Source of the DNA: Tubiluchus corallicola
Taxonomy: Eukaryota > Animalia > Priapulida
Direction of reading: 5' to 3'
NCBI GenBank assembly: GCA_030141605.1
Contig: JAQGDQ010000489.1
Location: 1-64,000, forward strand
DNA: 64,000 nt
Shown in pieces: positions 28,001 to 41,771 of the stretch; the first letter of the stretch is position 1; each line of letters opens with the position of its first letter. A program made the translations under genes and the position numbers. The notes under the pieces are model-generated. The model had not been told where the DNA came from. It ran no database searches and worked only from the letters and a program-made list of their open reading frames with translations.

Positions 28001-31000
28001 TTTGAAGTTATGATCATTTCAAGCTTAGGCAACTAGCAAAATCACTTTGAAGTTATGATCACTTCAAGCTTGGGCAATCAGCAAAATCACTTTGAAGTTA
28101 TGATCATTTCAAGCTTAGGCAATTAGCAAAATCACTTTGAAGTTATGATCGTTTCAAGCTTGGGCAATTAGCAAAATCACTTTGAAGTTATGATCATTTC
28201 AAGCTTAGGCTATCAGCAAAATCACTTTGAAGTTATGACCATTTCAAGCTTAGGCTATCAGCAAAATCACTTTGAAGTTATGATCATTTCAAGCTTAGGC
28301 AATTAGCAAAATCACTTTAAGTTATGATCGTCTCAAGCTTAGGCAATTATCAAAATCACTTTGAAGTTATGATCGTTTCAAGCTTAGGCTATCAGCAAAA
28401 TCACTTTAAGTTATGATCGTTTCAAGCTTGGGCAATTAGCAAAATCACTTTGAAGTTATGATCATTTCAAGCTTAGGCTATCAGCAAAATCACTTTAAGT
28501 TATGATCGTTTCAAGCTTGGGCAATTAGCAAAATCACTTTGAAGTTATGATCATTTCAAGCTTAGGCAATCAGCAAAATCACTTTAAGTTATGATTGTTT
28601 CAAGCTTAGGAAATTATCAAAATCACTTTGAAGTTATGATCGTTTCAAGCTTAGGCTATCAGCAAAATCACTTTAAGTTATGATCGTTTCAAGCTTGGGC
28701 AATTAGCAAAATCACTTTGAAGTTATGATCATTTCAAGCTTAGGCTATCAGTAAAATCACTTTAAGTTATGATCGTTTCAAGCTTGGGCAATTAGCAAAA
28801 TCACTTTGAAGTTATGATCATTTCAAGCTTAGGCAATCAGCAAAATCACTTTAAGTTATGATTGTTTCAAGCTTAGGAAATTAGCAAAATCACTTTAAGT
28901 TATGATCATTTCAAGCTTAGGCAATTAGCAAGATCACTTTGAAGTTATGATCGTTTCAAGCTTAGGCTATCAGCAAAATCACTTTAAGTTATGATCATTT
29001 CAAGCTTAGGCAATTAGCAAAATCACTTTGAAGTTATGATCATTTCAAGCTTAGGCAATTAGCAAAATCACTTTAAGTTATGATCATTTCAAGCTTAGGC
29101 AATTAGCAAAATCACTTTAAGTTATGATCGTTTCAAGCTTAGGCAATTAGCAAAATCACTTTGAAGTTATGATCGTTTCAAGCTTGGGCAATTAGCAAAA
29201 TCACTTTAAGTTATGATCGTTTCAGGCTTAAGCAATCAGCAAAATCACTTTGAAGTTATGATAATTTCACGCTTAGGCAATTAGCAAAATCACTTTGAAG
29301 TTATGATCGTTTCAAGCTTAGGCTATCAGCAAAATCACTTTAAGTTATGATCGTTTCAAGCTTGGGCAATTAGCAAAATCACTTTGAAGTTATGATCGTT
29401 TCAAGCTTGGGCAATTAGGAAAATCACTTTGAAGTTATGATCATTTCAAGCTTAGGCAGTTAGGAAAATCACTTTGAACTTATGATCGTTTCAAGCTTGG
29501 GCAATTAGCAAAATCACTTTGAAGTTATGATCGTTTCAAGCTTAGGCAGTTAGGAAATCACTTTAAAGTTATGATCGCTTCAAGCTTGGGCAATTAGCAA
29601 AATCACTTTGAACTTATGATCGTTTCAAGCTTAGGCAATTAGCAAAATTACTTTAAAGTTATGATCGTTTCAATCTTGGGCAATTAGCAAAATTACTTTA
29701 AAGTTATGATCGTTTCAATCTTGGGCAATTAGCAAAATCACTTTAAAGTTATGATCGTTTCAAGCTTGGGCAATTAGCAAAATCACTTTGAAGTTATGAT
29801 CATTTCAAGCTTAGGCTATCAGCAAAATCACTTTGAAGTTATGACCATTTCAAGCTTAGGCTATCAGCAAAATCACTTTGAAGTTATGATCATTTCAAGC
29901 TTAGGCAATTAGCAAAATCACTTTGAAGTTATGATCGTTTCAAGCTTAGGCAATTAGCAAAATCACTTTGAAGTTATGATCATTTCAAGCTTGGGCAATT
30001 AGGAAAATCACTTTGAAGTTATGATCGTTTCAAGCTTGGGCTAGTTAGGAAAATCACTTTGAAGTTATGATCGTTTCAAGCTTGGGCAATTAGCAAAATC
30101 ACTTTGAACTTATGATCGTTTCAAGCTTAGGCAGTTAGCAAAATCACTTTGAAGTTATGATCGTTTCAAGCTTGGGCAATTAGCAAAATCACTTTGAACT
30201 TATGATCGTTTCAAGCTTAGGCAATTAGCAAAATTACTTTAAAGTTATGATCGTTTCAATCTTGGGCAATTAGCAAAATTACTTTAAAGTTATGATCGTT
30301 TCAATCTTGGGCAATTAGCAAAATCACTTTAAAGTTATGATCGTTTCAAGCTTGGGCAATTAGCAAAATCACTTTAAGTTATGATCATTTCAAGCTTAGG
30401 CAATTAGCAAAATCACTTTAAGTTATGATCGTTTCAAGCTTAGGCAATTAGCAAAATCACTTTGAAGTTATGATCGTTTCAAGCTTGGGCAATTAGCAAA
30501 ATCACTTTAAGTTATGATCGTTTCAGGCTTAAGCAATCAGCAAAATCACTTTGAAGTTATGATAATTTCACGCTTAGGCAATTAGCAAAATCACTTTGAA
30601 GTTATGATCGTTTCAAGCTTAGGCTATCAGCAAAATCACTTTAAGTTATGATCGTTTCAAGCTTGGGCAATTAGCAAAATCACTTTGAAGTTATGATCGT
30701 TTCAAGCTTGGGCAATTAGCAAAATCACTTTGAAGTTATGATCGTTTCAAGCTTGGGCAATTAGCAAAATCACTTTGAAGTTATGATCGTTTCAAGCTTG
30801 GGCAATTAGCAAAATCACTTTGAACTTATGATCGTTTCAATCTTGGGCAATTAGCAAAATTACTTTAAAGTTATGATCGTTTCAATCTTGGGCAATTAGC
30901 AAAATTACTTTAAAGTTATGATCGTTTCAAGCTTGGGCAATTAGCAAAATCACTTTGAAGTTATGATCATTTCAAGCTTAGGCTATCAGCAAAATCACTT

Positions 31001-34000
31001 TGAAGTTATGACCATTTCAAGCTTAGGCTATCAGCAAAATCACTTTGAAGTTATGATCATTTCAAGCTTAGGCAATTAGCAAAATCACTTTGAAGTTATG
31101 ATCGTTTCAAGCTTAGGCAATTAGCAAAATCACTTTGAAGTTATGATCATTTCAAGCTTGGGCAATTAGGAAAATCACTTTGAAGTTATGATCGTTTCAA
31201 GCTTGGGCAGTTAGGAAAATCACTTTGAAGTTATGATCGTTTTAAGCTTGGGCAATTAGCAAAATCACTTTGAACTTATGATCGTTTCAAGCTTAGGCAG
31301 TTAGCAAAATCACTTTGAAGTTATGATCGTTTCAAGCTTGGGCAATTAGCAAAATCACTTTGAACTTATGATCGTTTCAAGCTTAGGCAATTAGCAAAAT
31401 TACTTTAAAGTTATGATCGTTTCAATCTTGGGCAATTAGCAAAATTACTTTAAAGTTATGATCGTTTCAATCTTGGGCAATTAGCAAAATCACTTTAAAG
31501 TTATGATCGTTTCAAGCTTGGGCAATTAGCAAAATCACTTTGAAGTTATGACCATTTCAAGCTTAGGCTATCAGCAAAATCACTTTGAAGTTATGATCAT
31601 TTCAAGCTTAGGCAATTAGCAAAATCACTTTGAAGTTATGATCATTTCAAGCTTGGGCAATCAGCAAAATCACTTTGAAGTTATGATCATTTCAAGCTTA
31701 GGCAACTAGCAAAATCACTTTGAAGTTATGATCATTTCAAGCTTGGGCAATCAGCAAAATCACTTTGAAGTTATGATCATTTCAAGCTTAGGCAATTAGC
31801 AAAATCACTTTGAAGTTATGATCGTTTCAAGCTTGGGCAATTAGCAAAATCACTTTGAAGTTATGATCATTTCAAGCTTAGGCTATCAGCAAAATCACTT
31901 TGAAGTTATGACCATTTCAAGCTTAGGCTATCAGCAAAATCACTTTGAAGTTATGATCATTTCAAGCTTAGGCAATTAGCAAAATCACTTTAAGTTATGA
32001 TCGTCTCAAGCTTAGGCAATTATCAAAATCACTTTGAAGTTATGATCGTTTCAAGCTTAGGCTATCAGCAAAATCACTTTAAGTTATGATCGTTTCAAGC
32101 TTGGGCAATTAGCAAAATCACTTTGAAGTTATGATCATTTCAAGCTTAGGCTATCAGCAAAATCACTTTAAGTTATGATCGTTTCAAGCTTGGGCAATTA
32201 GCAAAATCACTTTGAAGTTATGATCATTTCAAGCTTAGGCAATCAGCAAAATCACTTTAAGTTATGATTGTTTCAAGCTTAGGAAATTATCAAAATCACT
32301 TTGAAGTTATGATCGTTTCAAGCTTAGGCTATCAGCAAAATCACTTTAAGTTATGATCGTTTCAAGCTTGGGCAATTAGCAAAATCACTTTGAAGTTATG
32401 ATCATTTCAAGCTTAGGCTATCAGCAAAATCACTTTAAGTTATGATCGTTTCAAGCTTGGGCAATTAGCAAAATCACTTTGAAGTTATGATCATTTCAAG
32501 CTTAGGCAATCAGCAAAATCACTTTAAGTTATGATTGTTTCAAGCTTAGGAAATTAGCAAAATCACTTTAAGTTATGATCATTTCAAGCTTAGGCAATTA
32601 GCAAGATCACTTTGAAGTTATGATCGTTTCAAGCTTAGGCTATCAGCAAAATCACTTTAAGTTATGATCATTTCAAGCTTAGGCAATTAGCAAAATCACT
32701 TTGAAGTTATGATCATTTCAAGCTTAGGCAATTAGCAAAATCACTTTAAGTTATGATCATTTCAAGCTTAGGCAATTAGCAAAATCACTTTAAGTTATGA
32801 TCGTTTCAAGCTTAGGCAATTAGCAAAATCACTTTGAAGTTATGATCGTTTCAAGCTTGGGCAATTAGCAAAATCACTTTAAGTTATGATCGTTTCAGGC
32901 TTAAGCAATCAGCAAAATCACTTTGAAGTTATGATAATTTCACGCTTAGGCAATTAGCAAAATCACTTTAAGTTATGATCGTTTCAAGCTTGGGCAATTA
33001 GCAAAATCACTTTGAAGTTATGATCATTTCAAGCTTAGGTTATCAGCAAAATCACTTTAAGTTATGATCGTTTCAAGCTTAGGCAATTAGCAAAATCACT
33101 TTGAATAACAATTCCTTTCCTTATAACAAATCACGCAGGTGCAAAATGACTTGTCCTTTCCTTTAAATAGAAATCACGCAGGTACAAAATGACTTGTCCT
33201 TTCCTTTAATACAAATCACGTAGGTGAAAAATGACTTGTCCTTTCCTTTAATACAAATCACGCAGGTGCAAAATGACTTGTCCTTTCCTTTAATACAAAT
33301 CACGCAGGTGCAAAATATTAACACACTCACCATATGGCGTTAAAATAGGCGTGGCATCCTCTACAACAGGATTGGCAACTACGACCTCGGCAGGGCTAAT
33401 CAGTGGGGGCTCGTCTATAATCTCATAATACTCAACATTTTCTACGTTGTTTACCGTTGCCACGGCACCCTGCTTCTGCTGCAGACTGTCCAGGGACGAA
33501 GACAATGCTGACGTATCTGATTCGTGGCTCTCTTGTCTAAAAAAGACAGCAAATTATAGTATTATTATAACATTTCAGAGACGATAATTTGAAAAAGTCA
33601 TCACCAGTGTGTTTTGCATGCGATACATTGAGACATAAAGCAAAAATGTCATTATTATTTGTTAAAATTGGCACATAAATAACTCGACTATGGTTTTGTT
33701 TGCTTCCATTTTGTTAAGATGGGGCAATTTCTGAAAAAAAATTACTGTTACGATAATTACTGTAACGCAGACGCACGAAGAAAGTGAAATTGTGAGTAAT
33801 GTGCAGGGAAAGAAACAGCACACGAAAACATTATAACCATAATCAATAATTTTCAGACCAAACAAAACGTTGTCTATTAATGTAAGCACGCTTGTGTAAA
33901 CCAGTTTAACATTTGCAGTCATGACGTGCGTTAAAAATGGACGTCGGCGAAACAGAGATGAGATTTTAACAGTGTACGAAAACAGAGAAGGGAAAAAGTG

Positions 34001-37000
34001 CATTTATCCATTTTGGCAAAAAATGATCAAATAGTAAAACAAAGTCATTTGCAACAACACCTGCTGTATTATACAGGGTGTTTCAGAAGAAACAGTACAG
34101 TAGAATTATAACGGTCTTCTGGCTGTTCTATTGCGAACACGTGAGAAAAATAGGAAGAACTGGTTGTATGAGATATAAATTATAATCATCTTTATTGCTG
34201 CATTCTCCTAAACGTTACAATTCACATCGATACTAATTACTTTGAAATTATATTCACACAAGGAAACCCGTCAAAAACTGTGATCTCCCAAGATGGCGCC
34301 GGAGTATCCCACAATTCCTACTTGATGCATGCCGTCAAAAAGGCGTATCTACCCAAGCACACGATCACACAACTAAACAATTATCGTTTGCGTAACAGCA
34401 GACCATAGATTTCTATTACAATATGGTGTCCAAAGTTCGCCTAACAGCAAACCATGGATGTCTATTACAAACATGGCACCCATTGTTCGCCTAACAGCAA
34501 ACTATAGATTTCTATTACAATATGGTGCCCATAGTTCATGACGGAAGCCACGAGAATTATGCTGAAGTGCTTACATTGGAATGTAGAGAACCAAGTTATA
34601 TGACAGCAAAAGTGGAACTATGCAAATTAACATTATTTTTATGTCATAATGCATGAGTCCAGGTTTATTTTGGACAAATTAAAGTATTGTGCAAAGTATC
34701 CAATCTGATAAACTTCAGTATGTTTTTTTATAACATGCAGTAGCTTAACACCAAAACACATTTCATCAGCACATAGGCATATTTCTACTGCACTTTTTTT
34801 GAAACACCCTGTATTATTAACAGCCTTGATTAATTTCATTAGAATTTAGATTGGCGGCAACTCAAATTAATCAAGTCTAAAAGAAGGATGACTATGATAA
34901 GAAGAGGCCTATCTTGTAATCATAAACGCTATCGACGCTTACTCAGCATCTGCATCTTCTTTTTCTTCAGCTTCCGCATCTTCCTTTTCTTCTTCGGTAT
35001 TTTCAGCCTTTTCACTGTAAGTGTTTTAGAAAAATTAATAATAACTGTTACTGAAAGACTCAATACTATCATCACATAATTTTATTATGTAAAGTAAAAC
35101 TTATCATGCGAATTCTAAACAGTTGATTGAGCATCCTTGATTTTAGACAAAAAAGCACCATATAACATTTTTCTAACAAAAAATTAAAGTCTAAATTATT
35201 TTCTGCATGTGGAAAACAGCCAGTCTTTAGTCTTGCTGCTTTCCACATATAGAAAATAATTTAGTATTTGATTTTTTGCTAGAAAAATGTTATATGCTAC
35301 TTTTTATATAATATATACTACACTCATACCTCGGTTTGCCGGACTTTGCTTTTACGGATGTCGGAACATTCGGATAAAATTTGGTCCCTTAAAAAGTCCC
35401 GCATACTATGGACACAGTTCGTTATTTCGCGAGCTGACTGTTAGTTAGCGGGTAGTGACTTTGCTTACATCCAAGCAGCGTGTAACAACACGTGTATAGC
35501 TTGTATGTCAGCATGTTTACTGGTATAATCAGTGTGCGGAAATGGTTTACAGTCAATTATGCGGAGCTATTCGAGTCAATTGCCGGCAGTTTTAATATAC
35601 TTTTGTATAGGAACGGCCCGTAATAGATGTTTTTGAGACAATCAGGCGATTGATTCTACATTAGCGTGAGTCTAATACACGATAACCTACTGCATTAGCT
35701 TAGTATCGGAAAATACGGACAATCGGCAAATTCGGACCGACGTTTGGCAAACCAAGACATGAGTGTACAGTATTCTACTATAGGATACACGTGACAAGTA
35801 TCTGCTACTTTTGCTGTAATCTCATGACAGAGCATTTCACTGTTTTTCCAAGTTAATACGTTAATCATCGGAGGGTCAAACCGTTTCTGCACGAAAATAT
35901 CATAAAATATTGGCAAAACAAATAGAATAAATAGATTGTAAATACAATCACGGATAAATTTTAATTATTTAATACAAAAAGAGTTATTTAAAACTATAAA
36001 CTCTTCATCACACATAAAATCGAATTTTGCCACTGAAACAAAAATGTCGCACACACATGGAACAACAAAAAAATGGCGCACACACCCGGACCAAAAACAC
36101 AATATGCAAAATCTTCGTGACACAGTTTTACATAGATAAACTACGAAGCGAAATAGACGTCAATGTTTTGAACAATTATCTATCAAAATATAAACAACTC
36201 ACGTTTCGTAGGTCTCTGGCTTCTTTGGGCGAGACATGGATTCCGCCTTCAGCAACACCGGTTTTGGCGGTAGTGCTGGACCGCGCAATGAAGGCTTCTT
36301 TTTACTTGGCGTTAATGATAAAGACTTGTTGGCTTCCGCAGCTTCCGTTACGTACTGAACCCACTGTTTCCGGTCGGAAGACGTCTGCGCAACGAGCTCG
36401 TATATCTGCGGACCTTGAGTGCTTGTGCTGACCAAGAAAAATGCTTTCTTGTCTGCAAGAACAAGAATTCAACAGAATAATGAGCAAATTCAAACTTTGC
36501 AGGTAAGAAAGAAAACTTTAACACGCTCATGTTTTAGTTCTACTTTCCTCGTTATGACTTCTGGACAAATATTAGATGTAGTATATTTTATAAATTGTGC
36601 GTTTAATTATGCATAAACTATGGAAGTTGTAACTGTATATTTTGAGGTGCTGCCATCTATTGACTAATCACTTTACATTTTACTAGTTAAACTCACCCCT
36701 AGTACAATTGTTCGGTCCAGTGAATATGCATACTCACTGGATCTCCCCCTATTTTACTGTAATGGTATTTGTGAAGCCAAGTTTTGCATAGTCCTCTACC
36801 TATATATACTGACTGGATTCTACTTCTAGTCACTCTCTGTCACGCTCTCAGTGCACTGCAGTCGTGCTACACACTGTCTAACTTACACTCTCAGTGCAGT
36901 GCAGCAGTCGTGATCCTCATTTTATTCATGTGTATTTAGTATAATAAACGTTTCAGTTTTGTGCAGATGTAGTACAGTGTTTCATTCTTTCTCTACAAAG

Positions 37001-40000
37001 TGTTCAATTACAACCTCATACATGACTTTCACATAAACAATGAAAGAATACTACAGCTTATATAGTCTCGGATTTGTGCAACTGAAATCATTTAAAAGAA
37101 AAATTTGTGTTGCAATTAACAGTAAAATTTATCACAGAAAGCCACAAAACTGACAAGCAAATGTCTCCATCGAAAAAGTCTCTCACAGCTTCAAAGTTGT
37201 GATACTGAACAGAATTTATCAAGACAACAACGAGACAGTTTACAAATGTTGAAAAAAGGCATTACACCTGCCTAATAAAGATGCGGATTCAACACTCACC
37301 TGTTGCAACGTTTCTAGTCAGAATGTTTTGTAGTTTGATGATGGGCGAATGAGTAAGTTTAATATCCTCTTTCCCGGGCACCATGTTTGTGCTCATGAAT
37401 TTCAGCACATATTTATCATCAGCCTTTTGCATCAGGACTAAAAGGTCGCTCAACAAGAGGGCGTGAATGTCGATGGTTTTCCGTGCATTCAGCCGCCATG
37501 AGAGGTCGCCGTCGTGCAAGAGATGGTGTTTAACCAAGTCCAAATTCTACAGAAAAGTGAATAATTGTTCAGAAACACCTAAGGTTCACTAAGAGATACG
37601 AAAACATCAGTTTTACATTAAGCTAAGAAATTTGGCATCACTAACGTGCTGGTAGCAACGCTGTATAAACTCCTGCGATGACCGTTAGGCTCAGTCATTT
37701 TAAAAAAGTTTAGATAACCCGCATAAAGTTTGAAGAAATAACCACGGCATTCGTAGCACAAGCACTTAGCTAACTAAGCAAAAGTATAAGTTACTATATC
37801 TTGTCAATAAGATCAGTAATAAGTTTTTAGATGACCCAGTGATGTTTCTACCAGATAATGCCAATGTTTTCGTGTACTAAGAATTTTCACTTTGAGTTAC
37901 ATATGTCTTTCAAACAGGTAAGCATAATGCGAAGTTTTTTGATATGGAGTTTTTTGGGACATACTTCTAACTTTTAATTCCCTTTTCTTCCTCTTTGAAT
38001 AAATTTATTTATGCATTTATAATACTAGAAAACTAGCAAAAGCCCCATAAAAAATTTTGCATATAAATACAGGTATAATCAAAAATACGCGAACGTCCTA
38101 CACAGTCCTCATTTATAACGCAAAGCCAACAGCAGCAGCTTTTACTGAATTAAAGTGTTATAGACAGAGTACAATGGATGACGTCACAACAATGGCTTTG
38201 CGTCAGCAGTTTTCTAAGCGAAAATTGCCAAAAATAGAACATCTAATTAACTCGTCGGTACTCCTCTCGGTGGACGTGTTATAAAGCACGGCCTGCATCA
38301 TCGTGTAGCCCTGTTCTTCCTCTTTCTGAGGAGCCATATATCTCCTTCCTTGCTAGAAAATGCTCTAGTGTATTTAACCCAGATTTAGTTCATCTTGCTA
38401 TTGTCTTACCAGTAGTGACTAGGGGTGAGCAACGAACGTTGGAATTCAATTCGAACGAGTTTTTTTAATTCAAATTTGATTCGAAGCTAAAATTATGGAT
38501 TCCAATAATTCAGCACTTCAGCCACATATGTTCTTTATCATCAAAATGTTTGAAACAACACGTAATTAGCACAATTTAGATGCAGTTTCTGTGCAAAATG
38601 TTTAATAAACTAATAGTGGCCTTTACTGCAGAACAAAATCAAGTACTGTGCATGATTCGAATTCGAAAGTCACAATGCCGATTTGATTCAAATTCGCATT
38701 CTGGCAGAGAATGCCCACCCCTAGTAGTGATATCTTACTAAAATAATTACGTACAGTCGACCCACGTCATCCGTGGTAAAGGAAACTGACCGATCTCTGA
38801 CCTAGCCGGAGCGCTAAACACAACACGGCCTACCAACTGTACAATAATTTCTTTATCCTCACAGGTTAACTATTTTAAAGTAATATACAGTATAGCATAT
38901 AGTGCAATGTATATACGCCTTATTAAGGTGATTATTCCTGTATTATATTAGACCATATATAGGCATATCGGATAAATCGGACAATCGGCTAAACCGGACC
39001 ACCCATCCCCCCAATTAGTCCGGTTTAACGAGGGTTGACTGTAAAATGAAATAGTTTAAAGTGCAAGGATCAGTACTTACACGGAACTCCTTTGCCAAGT
39101 CGCTGTCGGTTCGATGTAACGGCGAGATATCGAGTCGACGCTGAAAGTCGGCCAGTCGGGCTGCATTTTCCGTCTCCTTGACGGCCTGATTAACATAGGC
39201 TAAGATGTCCTTACAACGTTCTTGTGTTTTTCTTATCATCGTGTACTCTTCACTGGGATCTGTGTGGAAAGAAAATGAAAAGTTGTTACTACTTACCAGA
39301 TTTTATTTATCACATTTAATACTGGAACATGAGAAACATACATAGACATCGACTTACGGCTTCAACACGTTCCGGTGGATTGACTGTAACTTGTAAGACG
39401 AATAGGACACAGACCCGTATATTAAAGCGGTGCCCCCTCATAGACATATGAGCCGAGGGCTGGGGGTGGGGGGGGCTGCAGCTAAATTTGCCGGGCGATC
39501 ATCAAATTTTTTGTTCACAGGCCACACGATGAAACAAATAAAATATTTGGCATAAAACTAAATCTCGAAATTTCTCCATGCCGCTAAATAAAGCGTCCGA
39601 AATCCGGTCATTTTTTCCATCGTGGGGTCGGGTGAGGCAATTCCCGACTTGATGTTGACCAGAAATTTTCGCGCTCAGCCCCTCGTGGAGAAATCGGCCC
39701 GTACGCTTATGGCTGCCCGTTGCCGTTGTGTGTGTGCACGCGCACCAAGTGTGGCAGCGCCTACGATGAATTTATCGAAACAGGAAGCAATTTAAGGTTA
39801 ATTTGTTTAAAAAGATAGAAGGAAATATGAGTTATAATTAGTTTTGTATAATTAATTAATTAAATTTTGGTCGAACAGTAAGGGTTAAGTGCATGCAATG
39901 CAATGTACAGGGTGTTCCAGAAGAAATGCTGCCGTAGAAATATGCTGATCAAATCACAACACATACAGCAGTGTTTACTCATTTAGTGAAAGACATACTA

Positions 40001-41577
40001 CAGTTATGCTGTGTGCTGTTAATTGTATAATTGTAGACGTAAAGAGAAACAAGGCTGCACATTGGAAAACACGTTTAAGTTCATCAGTTTGAATACTCTG
40101 ATGACACCTTTTATTTTTCCCAAAACGAATGAAAACGCTTTTTTGAATTATGACATCATAATGACGTAAAACTGTTACACATGCATGACTACACTTTTCC
40201 TACCATATAAGTTGTTTTTATACACTCTAATATATGCAGATCAGGCTATTTTTACTGTACCGTTTTTTCTGAAACAGCCTGTACACTCGTGTTTCGGTTT
40301 GCCGGACATCGGAAAAACCAGACCACTAAAAGTCCCGCGTACTATGGACACAGTCCGTTGTTTCGCAAGCTGACCGCTAGTTGGCTGCCCTTCGCTTAGT
40401 TTACATCAGTGCAACCAAGCAGCGTGTAATGACACATGTATAGATTGTATATCAGGAGCACACTGTACTAGACGTTTTTGAGACAATTAAGTGATTGGTT
40501 CTACAGTACCTTGAGTTTAATACACGGCACCTACTGTATTAGTTTGGTATCGGTAAGTATGGACAATCGGCAAATTCGGACCGAGGTCTGCCCACTTTTG
40601 TCCGGCAAACCGATATACGAGTGTACAATCATCTCTCATATAAATGACTAACACTACACAACTACAATGATTGGTTTTACTCAGGCCACAGCGTGAGGCA
40701 AGCTAAGCTGACCAAATCTTGTTTAAGCATTTATACCACGGAAATTTAAACTTAGATACCTACACCTATGAATACTATAGCCAGACGAGGCAAATATACC
40801 TTGTCCATTCGAAAACATTAACTTTCTAAAACTACTATAAAACAGTATTTAAAGCACATTTAAGAAGCAGCAGCAAAGCAGAGAAAGCTAAGGCGTAGCT
40901 TAATTACACAATCAGTACAATTTCCAGACTTACGTGGTGTATACTTGGCAATGTTGTCAAAAAGCAAAGGATATTTGGTCAATCGCTGCATGCCTGTTGG
41001 AATAATGTCCTTCAAACCAAAGCGGCGGCAAAGCGGATTACTCTCTGCTTCCTACAATACAATAGTGCATAGAAAATGTAAACTGCAAAACATTTAATAT
41101 GCCCAAAAACCGATTTAAACGATCCCAATGTTCATAGTACAGTTACTTTATTATAGTGTCACCTTTCAGAATACTACAATTTAAAACACATAACTATGCA
41201 CACTTACAGTAAAACAAAAACCATTCTATCAACAGAGTTACGAGGCCCCCTTAGAAATCATTAAAAACATTCATTTACATATAAATTAAAACAGTCGTTA
41301 AACAAAGATTAAAACATATCATTACACTAGTTAAAAATATTCTTCTTTCCACCACTAGGTGGCAGGTTTTGGCACATTCTTTTTAAACAAATATCACCTG
41401 ACAGTATCTAACATAATTTATCAATATCGTTGAACTCATTAAAATTATTGATTTTTGCGCTTAGACACTGGAATAACGAAATGTGAATATCATCATAAAG
41501 GGGGTCAATACAATAAAACATGTAGGATGTTAACTGTAAAATGATGCAACCCCACTCCCCTCTTTCTGTTACACACA

Positions 41578-41609
<32 letters not shown>

Positions 41610-41715
41610 CACACGCACACACACACACACACACACACTTCCCACCTCTCTCTACCCTTTCTTCCCTCGTCGTCCTCTCTCTCTACAGTCCTTCCCACAG
41701 TCCTTTTCATTCTCT

Positions 41716-41771
<56 letters not shown>

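Noticed and set aside
27759-33105. CRISPR array (also considered for 10256-10609, 10946-11888 and 60763-61022)
   Set aside because: Head-to-tail repeats without unique spacers, no cas genes, and a eukaryotic intronic context.
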